From an uncultured Pelagibacteraceae bacterium (GTDB lineage: Bacteria; Pseudomonadota; Alphaproteobacteria; Pelagibacterales; Pelagibacteraceae): a DNA stretch of 64,000 nt. The stretch's first letter is position 1. Every line of letters begins with the position of its first letter. Below the pieces are notes generated by a model, which was given only the letters and a program-made list of their open reading frames with translations, did no database searches and had not been told where the DNA came from. A program made the position numbers and the translations under genes. Positions 30,879 to 38,918 of the stretch are shown here, piece by piece. The stretch is from contig CACJRE010000001.1 in the NCBI GenBank assembly GCA_902595745.1, forward strand, positions 1,281 to 65,280. Direction: 5' to 3'.

Positions 30879-32096
30879 ATGGAAAGACCAGATTTTTTTA
30901 CGTTAAAAAATGGAGAGAAGGTAAAACTTCCTTTTTCAAAATCAGAATATGATCGAAGAGTAAATAATTTAAGAACAGTAATGGATAAAAATAACTTGGA
31001 TATGGTTATTTTAACCTCAATGCATAACATTGCTTATTACACAGGGTTTATTTATTGTTCATTCGGAAGACCTTATGGATGTGTGATAACAAAAAATAAA
31101 ATCTCAACGATTTCAGCAAATATTGATGCTAGTCAACCTTGGAGAAGATCCCATTGTGATAATGTCATTTATACTGATTGGAAAAGAGATAATTTTTTAA
31201 GAGCAATCGTTTCAATTATTGGACGAGACGATCCTCCAAAAAATATTGGCCTTGAAAATGATCATGTCACTTTAGATATGAGAGAAAAAATTGGTTCTAT
31301 CTTCGCTTTTTCAGTTTTTAGTGATGTTTCAAAAGATCTAATGCAACTTAGAATGATTAAATCTAATGAGGAAATTGAAATTATTAGAAATGGCGCAAGA
31401 ATTGCTGATCTTGGAGGTGAAGAAATTGTCAAAAATATCAAAGAAGGAAATACAGAAATTGAAGTTGCAATAGCGGGACGGGATAGGATGGAACGTGAAA
31501 TTGTAAAAACTTATCCTGGTGCTGAATATATGGATACTTGGGTTTGGTTCCAATCAGGTATCAATACAGATGGAGCTCACAATCCAAAAACTAATAGACA
31601 ACTTATTAAAGGAGATATTTTATCCTTAAATACGTTTCCAATGATTTCAGGTTATTACACTGCACTAGAGAGAACATTATTTTTAGATCATGCTGATGAT
31701 GAAAGTCTTAAGGCGTGGGAGGCAAATGTTAAAGTTCATAAAAGAGGATTAGAATTAATTAAACCAGGTGTTAAATGTTCTGATATCTGTCATGAACTAA
31801 ATGAATTATTTGCTGAGCTTGGATATTTGCAATACCGAACATTTGGTTATGGGCATTCCTTTGGAGTACTTTCTCATTTTTATGGAAGAGAAGCTGGGTT
31901 AGAGCTTAGAGAAGATATTGATACTGTTCTTGAAGAAAATATGGTGGTCTCCATGGAGCCAATGATTATGATTCCTGAAGGAAATCCTGGAGCAGGGGGA
32001 TATAGAGAGCATGATATATTAGTGATTGGCAAAGATGGCGCAGAAAATATTACTAAATTTCCTTTCGGCCCAGAGCATAATATTATAAAAAACTAA
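30879..32096 (+). CDS. Creatinase (creatine amidinohydrolase, M24 fold)
   Basis: YCSFGRPY, PWRRS, WFQSGINTDGAHNP, YYTALERT, GHSFG..SH.YGREAGLELRED and GYREHDIL, all characteristic of Pseudomonas-type creatinase. Confidence 0.88.
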   Translation: MERPDFFTLKNGEKVKLPFSKSEYDRRVNNLRTVMDKNNLDMVILTSMHNIAYYTGFIYCSFGRPYGCVITKNKISTISANIDASQPWRRSHCDNVIYTDWKRDNFLRAIVSIIGRDDPPKNIGLENDHVTLDMREKIGSIFAFSVFSDVSKDLMQLRMIKSNEEIEIIRNGARIADLGGEEIVKNIKEGNTEIEVAIAGRDRMEREIVKTYPGAEYMDTWVWFQSGINTDGAHNPKTNRQLIKGDILSLNTFPMISGYYTALERTLFLDHADDESLKAWEANVKVHKRGLELIKPGVKCSDICHELNELFAELGYLQYRTFGYGHSFGVLSHFYGREAGLELREDIDTVLEENMVVSMEPMIMIPEGNPGAGGYREHDILVIGKDGAENITKFPFGPEHNIIKN

Positions 32097-32101
32097 TCTT
32101 T

Positions 32102-33217
32102 ATGAGTGATACTAAAACTATTGTTAATAGTTGGAATGAGTGGGATCCGTTAAAACATGTAATTGTTGGAAGAGCGGATGGCACTTGTATACCGGCTCCA
32201 GAGCCAGCATTAGATGCTAAAGTTCCTGAAGACAGCGATATGAGAGGTCAGTTTGGTCCACGAACTAAAGATACTGTCGATAAAGCAAATGAATTATTAG
32301 ATAACTTTTCAAGCATGCTTCAAAAAAGAGGAATTAAAGTTGATCGACCAACACCAATAGATTTTAATCAAAAAACATCAACACCAGATTGGGAAGCTGA
32401 AACCATGTTTGGTTGTATGCCCCCAAGAGATGTTTTGCTTACTGTTGGAAATGAGATGTTAGAAGCAACAATGAGTTATCGATGTCGTTGGTTTGAATAT
32501 CTTTGTTACCGACCTTTACTTCAAGAATATTATAATCAAGACCCTAATATGAGACACGAGTCTGCACCAAAACCGAGGTTAACTGACAAGGATTATAGAA
32601 AAGATTATCTGTCAGATAAAATTGGCATTCAAAAAAGATTAGAGTGGACGGAAGATAAATTTTTTGTAACCACAGAAGAAGAACCATTGTTTGATGCAGC
32701 TGATGTATTAAGATTTGGAAAAGATCTGGTCGTTCAACACGGTTTTACCACTAATTTAAAAGGAATTGATTGGCTAAAGAGACATTATAAAGATCATAGA
32801 GTTCATGCTGTTAATTTTCCAGGTGACCCGTATCCAATTCACATCGATGCAACCTTTACTCCAATTAAAGAAGGTTTAATTATCAATAACCCTCAAAGAA
32901 GATTACCAGTAGAACAAAGAAAGTTATTTGAAGATAATGGATGGGAAATTGTTGATAGTGCTCAACCAGCACATAATGAACCACCGCCTCTATGTTATTC
33001 ATCAACTTGGTTATCAATGAATGTATTAGTTTTGGATCCTAAAACAGTATGTGTCGAAAAAAGTGAAGTCTATCAGGCAGAGCAGTTAGATAAATTAGGA
33101 ATGGAAGTAGTACCAGTAGAGCTTAGAGATGCTTATGCATTTGGTGGAGGACTTCATTGTTGTACCGCAGATGTATATAGAGAAGGTACTTTAAAAGATT
33201 ATTTTCCAAAACAATAA
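32102..33217 (+). CDS. Amidinotransferase, glycine amidinotransferase (AGAT)-like
   Basis: NSWNEWDPL, PRD and catalytic-triad motifs FDAAD, HIDAT and GGLHCCT. Confidence 0.88.
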   Translation: MSDTKTIVNSWNEWDPLKHVIVGRADGTCIPAPEPALDAKVPEDSDMRGQFGPRTKDTVDKANELLDNFSSMLQKRGIKVDRPTPIDFNQKTSTPDWEAETMFGCMPPRDVLLTVGNEMLEATMSYRCRWFEYLCYRPLLQEYYNQDPNMRHESAPKPRLTDKDYRKDYLSDKIGIQKRLEWTEDKFFVTTEEEPLFDAADVLRFGKDLVVQHGFTTNLKGIDWLKRHYKDHRVHAVNFPGDPYPIHIDATFTPIKEGLIINNPQRRLPVEQRKLFEDNGWEIVDSAQPAHNEPPPLCYSSTWLSMNVLVLDPKTVCVEKSEVYQAEQLDKLGMEVVPVELRDAYAFGGGLHCCTADVYREGTLKDYFPKQ

Positions 33218-33218
33218 T

Positions 33219-34268
33219 ATGGCTAAAATTAAAACAAAAAGAGAGCGAGTTAAATTCGCCTCAGATAATGTTGCGGGCGCATGTCCTGAAGTTTTAGATG
33301 CAATTCTTAAAGCAAATGATGGAGATAGTACTCCTTATGGAAATGATCCTTTATCAACTGAGTTACAAGATAAGTTTTCAGAAATTTTTGAAAAAGAAGT
33401 AATTGTTTTTCCAACTGCATCTGGAACTGCAGCAAATGCTTTAGCATTATCAACTATGACACCTTCATATGGAAATATTTATTGTCATAAGATGTCCCAT
33501 ATTAATACGGATGAATGTGGTGCACCTGAATTTTATACAGGAGGTGGAAAGCTAGTCCCTTTAACTGGAATAATGGGAAAAATAACTGCAGATGAATTAA
33601 ACCAGTCTATAGGAGGAAAGGGTATTGTTCATCATACACAACCTTCATCAGTTAGCATTACGCAAGTATGTGAAACAGGAGAAGTTTATCAATTAGATGA
33701 AATCAAAAAAATTGCAGAAATTACCCATAAACATAATCTAAATTTACATATGGATGGAGCTAGATTTGCAAATGCATTGGTATCTTTAGATGTAACACCT
33801 GCTGAAATGACTTGGAAATCAGGGGTTGATGTATTGTCATTTGGAGCAACGAAAAATGGATGTTTAGCTGCTGAAGCAATTATCTTTTTTAAGAAAGATT
33901 TAGTAGGAGATATTGCTTTTTTAATGAAAAGAGCGGGGCATTTATTATCTAAAATGCGATTTGTCTCTGCACAGTTAGATGCATATATCTCAAATGATGT
34001 TTGGTTGAGAAATGCAAAGCACGCAAATAAAATGGGTAAAAAGTTAAGTGATGGTTTGTCAAAACATAATGATATTGAAATTGCATATCCAACAGAAGCA
34101 AATGAAGTCTTTGCAAAATTTCCAAGAGAAAAAATTGAACATCTAAATTCAGAAGGGTACAAAATGAATGAGGATGAATTAGATGGTAAAGCGGTAAGAC
34201 TAGTTGCTGCTTGGAATACTAAAGATAGTGATGTTGATGAATTGTTAAATACAATTATAGCTAACTAG
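33219..34268 (+). CDS. ltaE: Low-specificity L-threonine aldolase
   Basis: FASDN, GTAANAL, HMDGARFANA and PLP-lysine SFGATKNG motifs. Confidence 0.88.
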   Translation: MAKIKTKRERVKFASDNVAGACPEVLDAILKANDGDSTPYGNDPLSTELQDKFSEIFEKEVIVFPTASGTAANALALSTMTPSYGNIYCHKMSHINTDECGAPEFYTGGGKLVPLTGIMGKITADELNQSIGGKGIVHHTQPSSVSITQVCETGEVYQLDEIKKIAEITHKHNLNLHMDGARFANALVSLDVTPAEMTWKSGVDVLSFGATKNGCLAAEAIIFFKKDLVGDIAFLMKRAGHLLSKMRFVSAQLDAYISNDVWLRNAKHANKMGKKLSDGLSKHNDIEIAYPTEANEVFAKFPREKIEHLNSEGYKMNEDELDGKAVRLVAAWNTKDSDVDELLNTIIAN

Positions 34269-34488
34269 GATTTTCTTTTAAAAACTCAATATATTTAATC
34301 ACTTCATCGTATTGTTCATCAGGTATATCTTTGTAACTAGCATTAAACTTACTTTTCACACATATTGCTACATGAGCATAGGGGTTTCTTCCTTTAGGAT
34401 GATTGGGGTGGTCAGGTAATTGTCCCACCAAATAATCGCCAGCATCCTGAATAATTTTCCAGAGTTTACTTGCGTTTTCTTTGTTCAC
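34261..34488 (-). CDS. Small hypothetical protein (75 aa)
   Basis: GTG start; protein-like sequence LPDHPNHPKGRNPYAHVA; the one difference in its duplicated 5' end is synonymous. Confidence 0.65.
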   Translation of the reverse strand: MNKENASKLWKIIQDAGDYLVGQLPDHPNHPKGRNPYAHVAICVKSKFNASYKDIPDEQYDEVIKYIEFLKENPS

Positions 34489-34490
34489 AC
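34428..34490. repeat. 63-bp direct repeat R, copy 1 (5' end of the 75-aa gene)
   Basis: ccaaataatcgccagcatcctgaataattttccagagtttacttgcgttttctttgttcacac; 62/63 identical to 36110-36172. Confidence 0.95.
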
Positions 34491-34505
34491 CTTCATTTTT
34501 ATTGT

Positions 34506-34538
34506 TTTATCTCGTCCATTTCTAGTTTCATTTCTAGT
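34506..34538. repeat. Motif M, copy 1: tttatctc-N4-atttctagtttcatttctagt
   Basis: Identical apart from N4 to 35961-35993; internal direct repeat with a 12-bp period. Confidence 0.9.
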
Positions 34539-34563
34539 ATCCTATAAAATCCTATATGAAAAA

Positions 34564-35901
34564 TTATTTTATTCTACCATGCTTTAAAACATCCAAAACC
34601 AATCTTTTAAAGTCATAATTAGTATGTACTGTGTTGATAACAATTATTCTAGATTCATCAAAATCAATCATTATATTTTGACCTCCATAACCATCGAGCC
34701 CAAAAATGTTTCTTTCTTCTAAATCTAAATAATCCAAGTAAAATTGTCCTGCATAAGATTTAGATGAAAATCTAAAACCTTGTTCCTCATATATGTACCT
34801 TTTTTTTGGAATTTTATTTTTTGCCAAATCTTTTAGATATTTGCCGACACATGTATCTTTTTGCCAATCATCCATCATGGCTTTTGCAATTCTTAGATAA
34901 TCATATCTGGTTGCATAAAAAGTATAAGTGGAGATACCGTCTTTGATTTTAGTCCTTTTTTTTGTTTGCCTGTTTTTATCATTTCTAACAAATAGTATCT
35001 TTTTAGATCTTACAGTATGTTGATTATTAACTTTGTTTTCAAAGGTTTTATTTAAAAAATTTCTAAATTTATAATCAGTTTTGTGAACTAAATAATTGAT
35101 AATAATGTTAGTGGCTAATCCATTATAATAATGCTTTCTTTTTGAATATTCTATTGGTTTAGAGTTTTTAAGTTCTCTATTAGCTAATGCTTTTATAGTA
35201 TGAACATTATACCATCTTTTAGTTGATCTCATTCCATCTGAGTCGCTGACATAGTTTTTGTCACCAGCATTCATATTAAGTATATCAATAAGTTTTTGGT
35301 CGTAATACAAAGTATTTTTTATTAAAGGCCAATCATTTAGTTTTGTATTAATACCCTCAATTTTTCCTTCACAAATCGCATTTCCAACAAGGTAAGAGAC
35401 AATACTTTTTCCAACGGAGTTAGAAATCCACGGAGTGTTATTTTTATATAATTTTCCTAATCTATTTTTTGGGGTAATTTCATCATATATTAAACTACCT
35501 TTTTCATAATAAAGATAACTAAGTATACTACTGCTATTCATTTGATCTTTTAAAAATTGATTAGTTTCTAACTGTTTTTTAAATTCTTTATGATTACCGC
35601 TTGGTTTAATTTTATTCCAACCCATTTGAGGGTCTTTAATTAACTGAATTTCTTTCTTAAAATGATGTTTTATTGTAGCAAGATTGGGATCAGGTTTTAC
35701 ATATTGTGGAATAGACCAACTTTTATAAATTTTAACTTTATTTGTTTCTTTATTTTTATTACCATTCTTTGTAATACTTTTATCACAATTATTATAATAC
35801 CAAACTTGACTGTATTTTTTTTCTTTTTCACAAACTTCATTTGCAGATGATAATACCGATAATGCTTGTAAAAAAAATAATACAACAAGCATGTATTTCA
35901 T
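34564..35901 (-). CDS. Exported serine hydrolase, beta-lactamase/transpeptidase-like fold
   Basis: Signal peptide; SxxK motif SVGK, YxN-like HYYNG, YAGQF and LDGYGGQ motifs. Confidence 0.8.
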   Translation of the reverse strand: MKYMLVVLFFLQALSVLSSANEVCEKEKKYSQVWYYNNCDKSITKNGNKNKETNKVKIYKSWSIPQYVKPDPNLATIKHHFKKEIQLIKDPQMGWNKIKPSGNHKEFKKQLETNQFLKDQMNSSSILSYLYYEKGSLIYDEITPKNRLGKLYKNNTPWISNSVGKSIVSYLVGNAICEGKIEGINTKLNDWPLIKNTLYYDQKLIDILNMNAGDKNYVSDSDGMRSTKRWYNVHTIKALANRELKNSKPIEYSKRKHYYNGLATNIIINYLVHKTDYKFRNFLNKTFENKVNNQHTVRSKKILFVRNDKNRQTKKRTKIKDGISTYTFYATRYDYLRIAKAMMDDWQKDTCVGKYLKDLAKNKIPKKRYIYEEQGFRFSSKSYAGQFYLDYLDLEERNIFGLDGYGGQNIMIDFDESRIIVINTVHTNYDFKRLVLDVLKHGRIK

Positions 35902-35907
35902 AATCAG

Positions 35908-35951
35908 AGACTAACAAATCATTAGACATGAGTCTATTTACTTAAAAAATG
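35908..35951 (-). promoter_or_regulatory. Repeated promoter module P, copy 1 (TAGACT-17bp-TAGTCT)
   Basis: 35912-35951 is 35/40 identical to 36551-36590. The -10 lies 6 bp upstream of the hydrolase ATG. Confidence 0.7.
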
Positions 35952-35960
35952 TCAATTTGA

Positions 35961-35993
35961 TTTATCTCAAATATTTCTAGTTTCATTTCTAGT
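35961..35993. repeat. Motif M, copy 2
   Basis: tttatctc-aaat-atttctagtttcatttctagt. Confidence 0.9.
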
Positions 35994-36109
35994 TTTTTGT
36001 TTAAATTGATGAGTCTTTGAGAGATTTATTTCAAGCTAACTTTTTAATATCCGCATAAGTATTGTAGAATAGTGTAGGTTAATGTGGATTAGTTTGTTCC
36101 ACTAGCACC

Positions 36110-36172
36110 CCAAATAATCGCCAGCATCCTGAATAATTTTCCATAGTTTACTTGCGTTTTCTTTGTTCACAC
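36110..36172 (-). pseudogene. 63-bp direct repeat R, copy 2: truncated duplicate of the first ~20 codons of the 75-aa gene
   Basis: Encodes MNKENASKLWKIIQDAGDYL and then diverges. Confidence 0.85.
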
Positions 36173-36187
36173 AGTTCCATTTCCTGA

Positions 36188-36220
36188 TTTATCTCTTTTG
36201 ATACAAGTTTGGTAACAAGT
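36188..36220. repeat. Motif M, diverged copy 3
   Basis: tttatctc-tttt-gatacaagtttggtaacaagt has the same length, the same 12-bp period and the same 15-bp distance from repeat R as copy 1. Confidence 0.65.
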
Positions 36221-36238
36221 TTTTTAATTAGCTGAGTT

Positions 36239-36526
36239 TTAATTCCCCTCAACTAAAACTAAATGAGCTTTAGACGCTAATTCTCTTACCGCTTTAGCCG
36301 CTTGGTATTTTTCTGACTCATAGAATTTACGAGCAGCATCAATACTTTCAAATTCAATTAATATAACAGTACCTAAATTTTCACCTTCTCTTACATCAGG
36401 ACTGGGTTCACGAACAAGAACTTTGCCACCGTGCTCTCCAATAGTTGGTCCAGACATTTGTTTAAACTTTTCCATACCTTCTTTATCGTGTACTTTAAGA
36501 TGTGCTATCAAATATCCTTTGCTCAT
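36239..36526 (-). CDS. DUF1330 family protein
   Basis: HGGKVL, VILIEFESIDAARKFYESEKYQAAK and LVEG motifs; SD aaggag upstream. Confidence 0.88.
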   Translation of the reverse strand: MSKGYLIAHLKVHDKEGMEKFKQMSGPTIGEHGGKVLVREPSPDVREGENLGTVILIEFESIDAARKFYESEKYQAAKAVRELASKAHLVLVEGN

Positions 36527-36546
36527 AATTTTCTCCTTTATGCTTT

Positions 36547-36590
36547 AATGTAACAAATCCTGAACCATGAGTCTATTTGCTTAAAAAATG
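36547..36590 (-). promoter_or_regulatory. Repeated promoter module P, copy 2 (TAGACT-17bp-TACATT)
   Basis: Homologous to 35908-35951; upstream of the DUF1330 gene. Confidence 0.7.
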
Positions 36591-36624
36591 GCTATATTCA
36601 TTAAGATTTACTTTAATTATGTTT

Positions 36625-37314
36625 TTATAGTTTTTTTTGGTTAATCACCACATCTACTAGAATTGCAATTAATAAATTCAGCATGGTAATTCCACAAATG
36701 ATAATGAAACTAAAGAAATAAATCCATGCCCACCAATAAACATCTTGTAAAGGCAACATCACTTGTTCCCAGCTTGATAAAGTTAAGACTTGGAATAATG
36801 TAATCATTGCAACCCCAACATCTCCCCATCTTTCAGGTATATTAGTGCTAAATAAAATTGATCCTATAGTTGCGTAGATATAAAGAATTATAAATAACAA
36901 TAACCCAACATAAAACACTCTTTTCACTGAAGACAATAAGGCCTCTATTATTTTTTTTAATTCTGGAACAACGGAAATAATTCTTAACACTCTGAATACT
37001 CTTAATAATCGTAACAGTAAGAAACTTGAATTATTCGGTATTGGAATTAATGAAATTAAGACAATTAAAGTGTCAAATATGTTCCATCCACTTTTAAAAA
37101 AATTTAATTTTTTAGGCTCTCCAATAAATCGGATTAAAATTTCTATTACAAAAAAAACAGTAATTGAGTAATCTAAATAATTTATTGCTTGTGTTGTAAA
37201 TTCACTTAAATCGTAAGTATTAACTCCAATTGTTATTGCATTTAAAATGATAATTGAAATTACAATAAATTGAAAAATTCTACTTTCTTTTAAGTTGTAT
37301 AAAATTTTATTCAT
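36625..37314 (-). CDS. Voltage-gated cation channel, BacNav/NaChBac-like
   Basis: Six TM segments; WNIFD; S4 LLRLLRVFRVLRII; pore TLFQVLTLSSWE; S6 LNLLIAILVD. Confidence 0.88.
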   Translation of the reverse strand: MNKILYNLKESRIFQFIVISIIILNAITIGVNTYDLSEFTTQAINYLDYSITVFFVIEILIRFIGEPKKLNFFKSGWNIFDTLIVLISLIPIPNNSSFLLLRLLRVFRVLRIISVVPELKKIIEALLSSVKRVFYVGLLLFIILYIYATIGSILFSTNIPERWGDVGVAMITLFQVLTLSSWEQVMLPLQDVYWWAWIYFFSFIIICGITMLNLLIAILVDVVINQKKL

Positions 37315-37332
37315 CTTACAAAAATATTGGTT

Positions 37333-37818
37333 TTAATCTCTAAAATTAACAAAATCGATAGGTTGACCTATATCAATTGCTTTTATTGCAGCTATTGCTT
37401 CTTGAAGATCGTCTCGTTTTTTTCCATCCACTCTCAATTCTTCTCCTTGTATTTTAATTTGAATTTTAAGTTTGAGTTTTTTAATATCTGCAATTATTTT
37501 TTTTGCATCTTCTTGACTTATTCCTTCTTTAAGATCGCTTACTTGACGAATAGTACCTCCTGATGCGCCTTCAGAATTTTTAATACTTAATACTCTTGGA
37601 TCTACTTTTCTTCTTACAAGATGAGTTTCTAAAAGCTCATTAACCTGCTTTAGTTTTAGTTCATCCGTTGCAAGCGTTGTGACAGTTTTATCTTTTCGCT
37701 CGATTGAGATATTAAGACCTTTAAAATCATATCGATTACTAATTTCTCTTAAACAATTCGCAAGTGCATTATCAAATTCTTGATAATTTATTTTACTGAT
37801 GACATCAAATGAAGGCAT
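37333..37818 (-). CDS. yajQ: YajQ family nucleotide/c-di-GMP-binding protein
   Basis: MPSFDVIS, RYDFKG, IQGEELRV.GKKRDDLQ and NFRD motifs. Confidence 0.93.
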   Translation of the reverse strand: MPSFDVISKINYQEFDNALANCLREISNRYDFKGLNISIERKDKTVTTLATDELKLKQVNELLETHLVRRKVDPRVLSIKNSEGASGGTIRQVSDLKEGISQEDAKKIIADIKKLKLKIQIKIQGEELRVDGKKRDDLQEAIAAIKAIDIGQPIDFVNFRD

Positions 37819-37887
37819 AATTTTTTAATTAATCTATATGATAATATATTTTTTATTAAGATAAATTAAAGATAAGATAATTAAAAA

Positions 37888-38907
37888 ATGAATAAAATTA
37901 AAATTCATATAAGAAATAATCACTGGAAAGAAGGTTTTTTGCCTTGCGATGAAGAGGGGGAAAAACACAGTACAATCACTAAAGAAGAGTTTGAAAAAGG
38001 ACTTAATCAGCATCCTGAACTTAAAGATAAGATTGAATATCTAGTTGATTGGGATGAGGATAATTATCTTTCATCAATGAAAGAGGCAGATATTTTACTA
38101 GGTTGGCAATTTCCAACTGAAAATATTACCGAGATTGCACCAAATTTAAAATGGATTCATGTAAGTTCTGCTGGAGTTAATCATTTATCCCCATTTGATT
38201 GGATGAAAGAAGGTTTGGTTCTAACCAATAGTAGTGGAGTGCATGCAAAAAAAGCAGGAGAGTTTGGTTTAATGAGTATTTTAATGCTTCAAAATAAAAT
38301 GACTCAAATAGTCACCAATCAAAGAAAAAAAGAATTTGTCACTCTCCTTAGTAAACCTATTGAGGGGTTTAAAGTTGTTGTAGTTGGAACTGGATCCTTA
38401 GGTGGATCATTGATTAAACATATTAGCAAACTTGGAGCAGAAGTGATTGGAGTTAACCGAAGAGGAGGATCTGTTGAGGGTTGCTCAAAAATAATCACTT
38501 TTGATAAAATAGACGAAGTATTACCAAGTGCAGATTTTTTATATCTTGCTGTGCCTGAAACTGAGGAAACTAAAGGATTAATTAATAAAACTAGATTAGA
38601 TAGTCTCAAGTCTACTTGTGGAATTGTAAATATTGGAAGACAATCAGTTTTAGATTATGAAGCATTAAGAGCAAAATTGTTCAAAAATGAATTGTCAGGT
38701 GCGATCTTAGATGTTTTTTCTCATGAACCTATTCCAAAAGACTCTAATTTATGGGATACACCAAATCTAATTATTACTCCTCATATTTCGTCAGATAGCC
38801 AAGGAAATTATATTGAAATGGTATTAAAAATATTTTTTAAAAATTTAAAATTATTTATTGAAAACAAAGAGTTAATTAATCAAATAGATAAAAATTTAGG
38901 TTATTAA
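37888..38907 (+). CDS. D-2-hydroxyacid dehydrogenase family protein
   Basis: AGVNH, TNSSG, GTGSLG, NIGR, LDVF..EP and ITPH motifs. Confidence 0.85.
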   Translation: MNKIKIHIRNNHWKEGFLPCDEEGEKHSTITKEEFEKGLNQHPELKDKIEYLVDWDEDNYLSSMKEADILLGWQFPTENITEIAPNLKWIHVSSAGVNHLSPFDWMKEGLVLTNSSGVHAKKAGEFGLMSILMLQNKMTQIVTNQRKKEFVTLLSKPIEGFKVVVVGTGSLGGSLIKHISKLGAEVIGVNRRGGSVEGCSKIITFDKIDEVLPSADFLYLAVPETEETKGLINKTRLDSLKSTCGIVNIGRQSVLDYEALRAKLFKNELSGAILDVFSHEPIPKDSNLWDTPNLIITPHISSDSQGNYIEMVLKIFFKNLKLFIENKELINQIDKNLGY

Positions 38908-38918
38908 TAAAATTTATA

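Noticed and set aside
30879-32096. DMSP lyase DddP or Xaa-Pro peptidase as the identity of the M24-fold gene
   Set aside because: Motifs match creatinase (YCSFGRPY, NTDGAHN, GYREHD) rather than the dimetal peptidase pattern.
36046-36075. dif-like site (atccgcataa resembles a XerC arm)
   Set aside because: The sequence after the 6-bp spacer does not match the XerD arm ttatgttaaat.
36085-36112. Intact tRNA gene
   Set aside because: No cloverleaf, D-arm or TTC T-loop can be built; at most a 3'-end-like fragment.
34428-36590. CRISPR array or classical integron as explanation for the repeats
   Set aside because: Only 2-3 copies, gene-sized spacing, no cas or intI gene and no attC-like palindromes.
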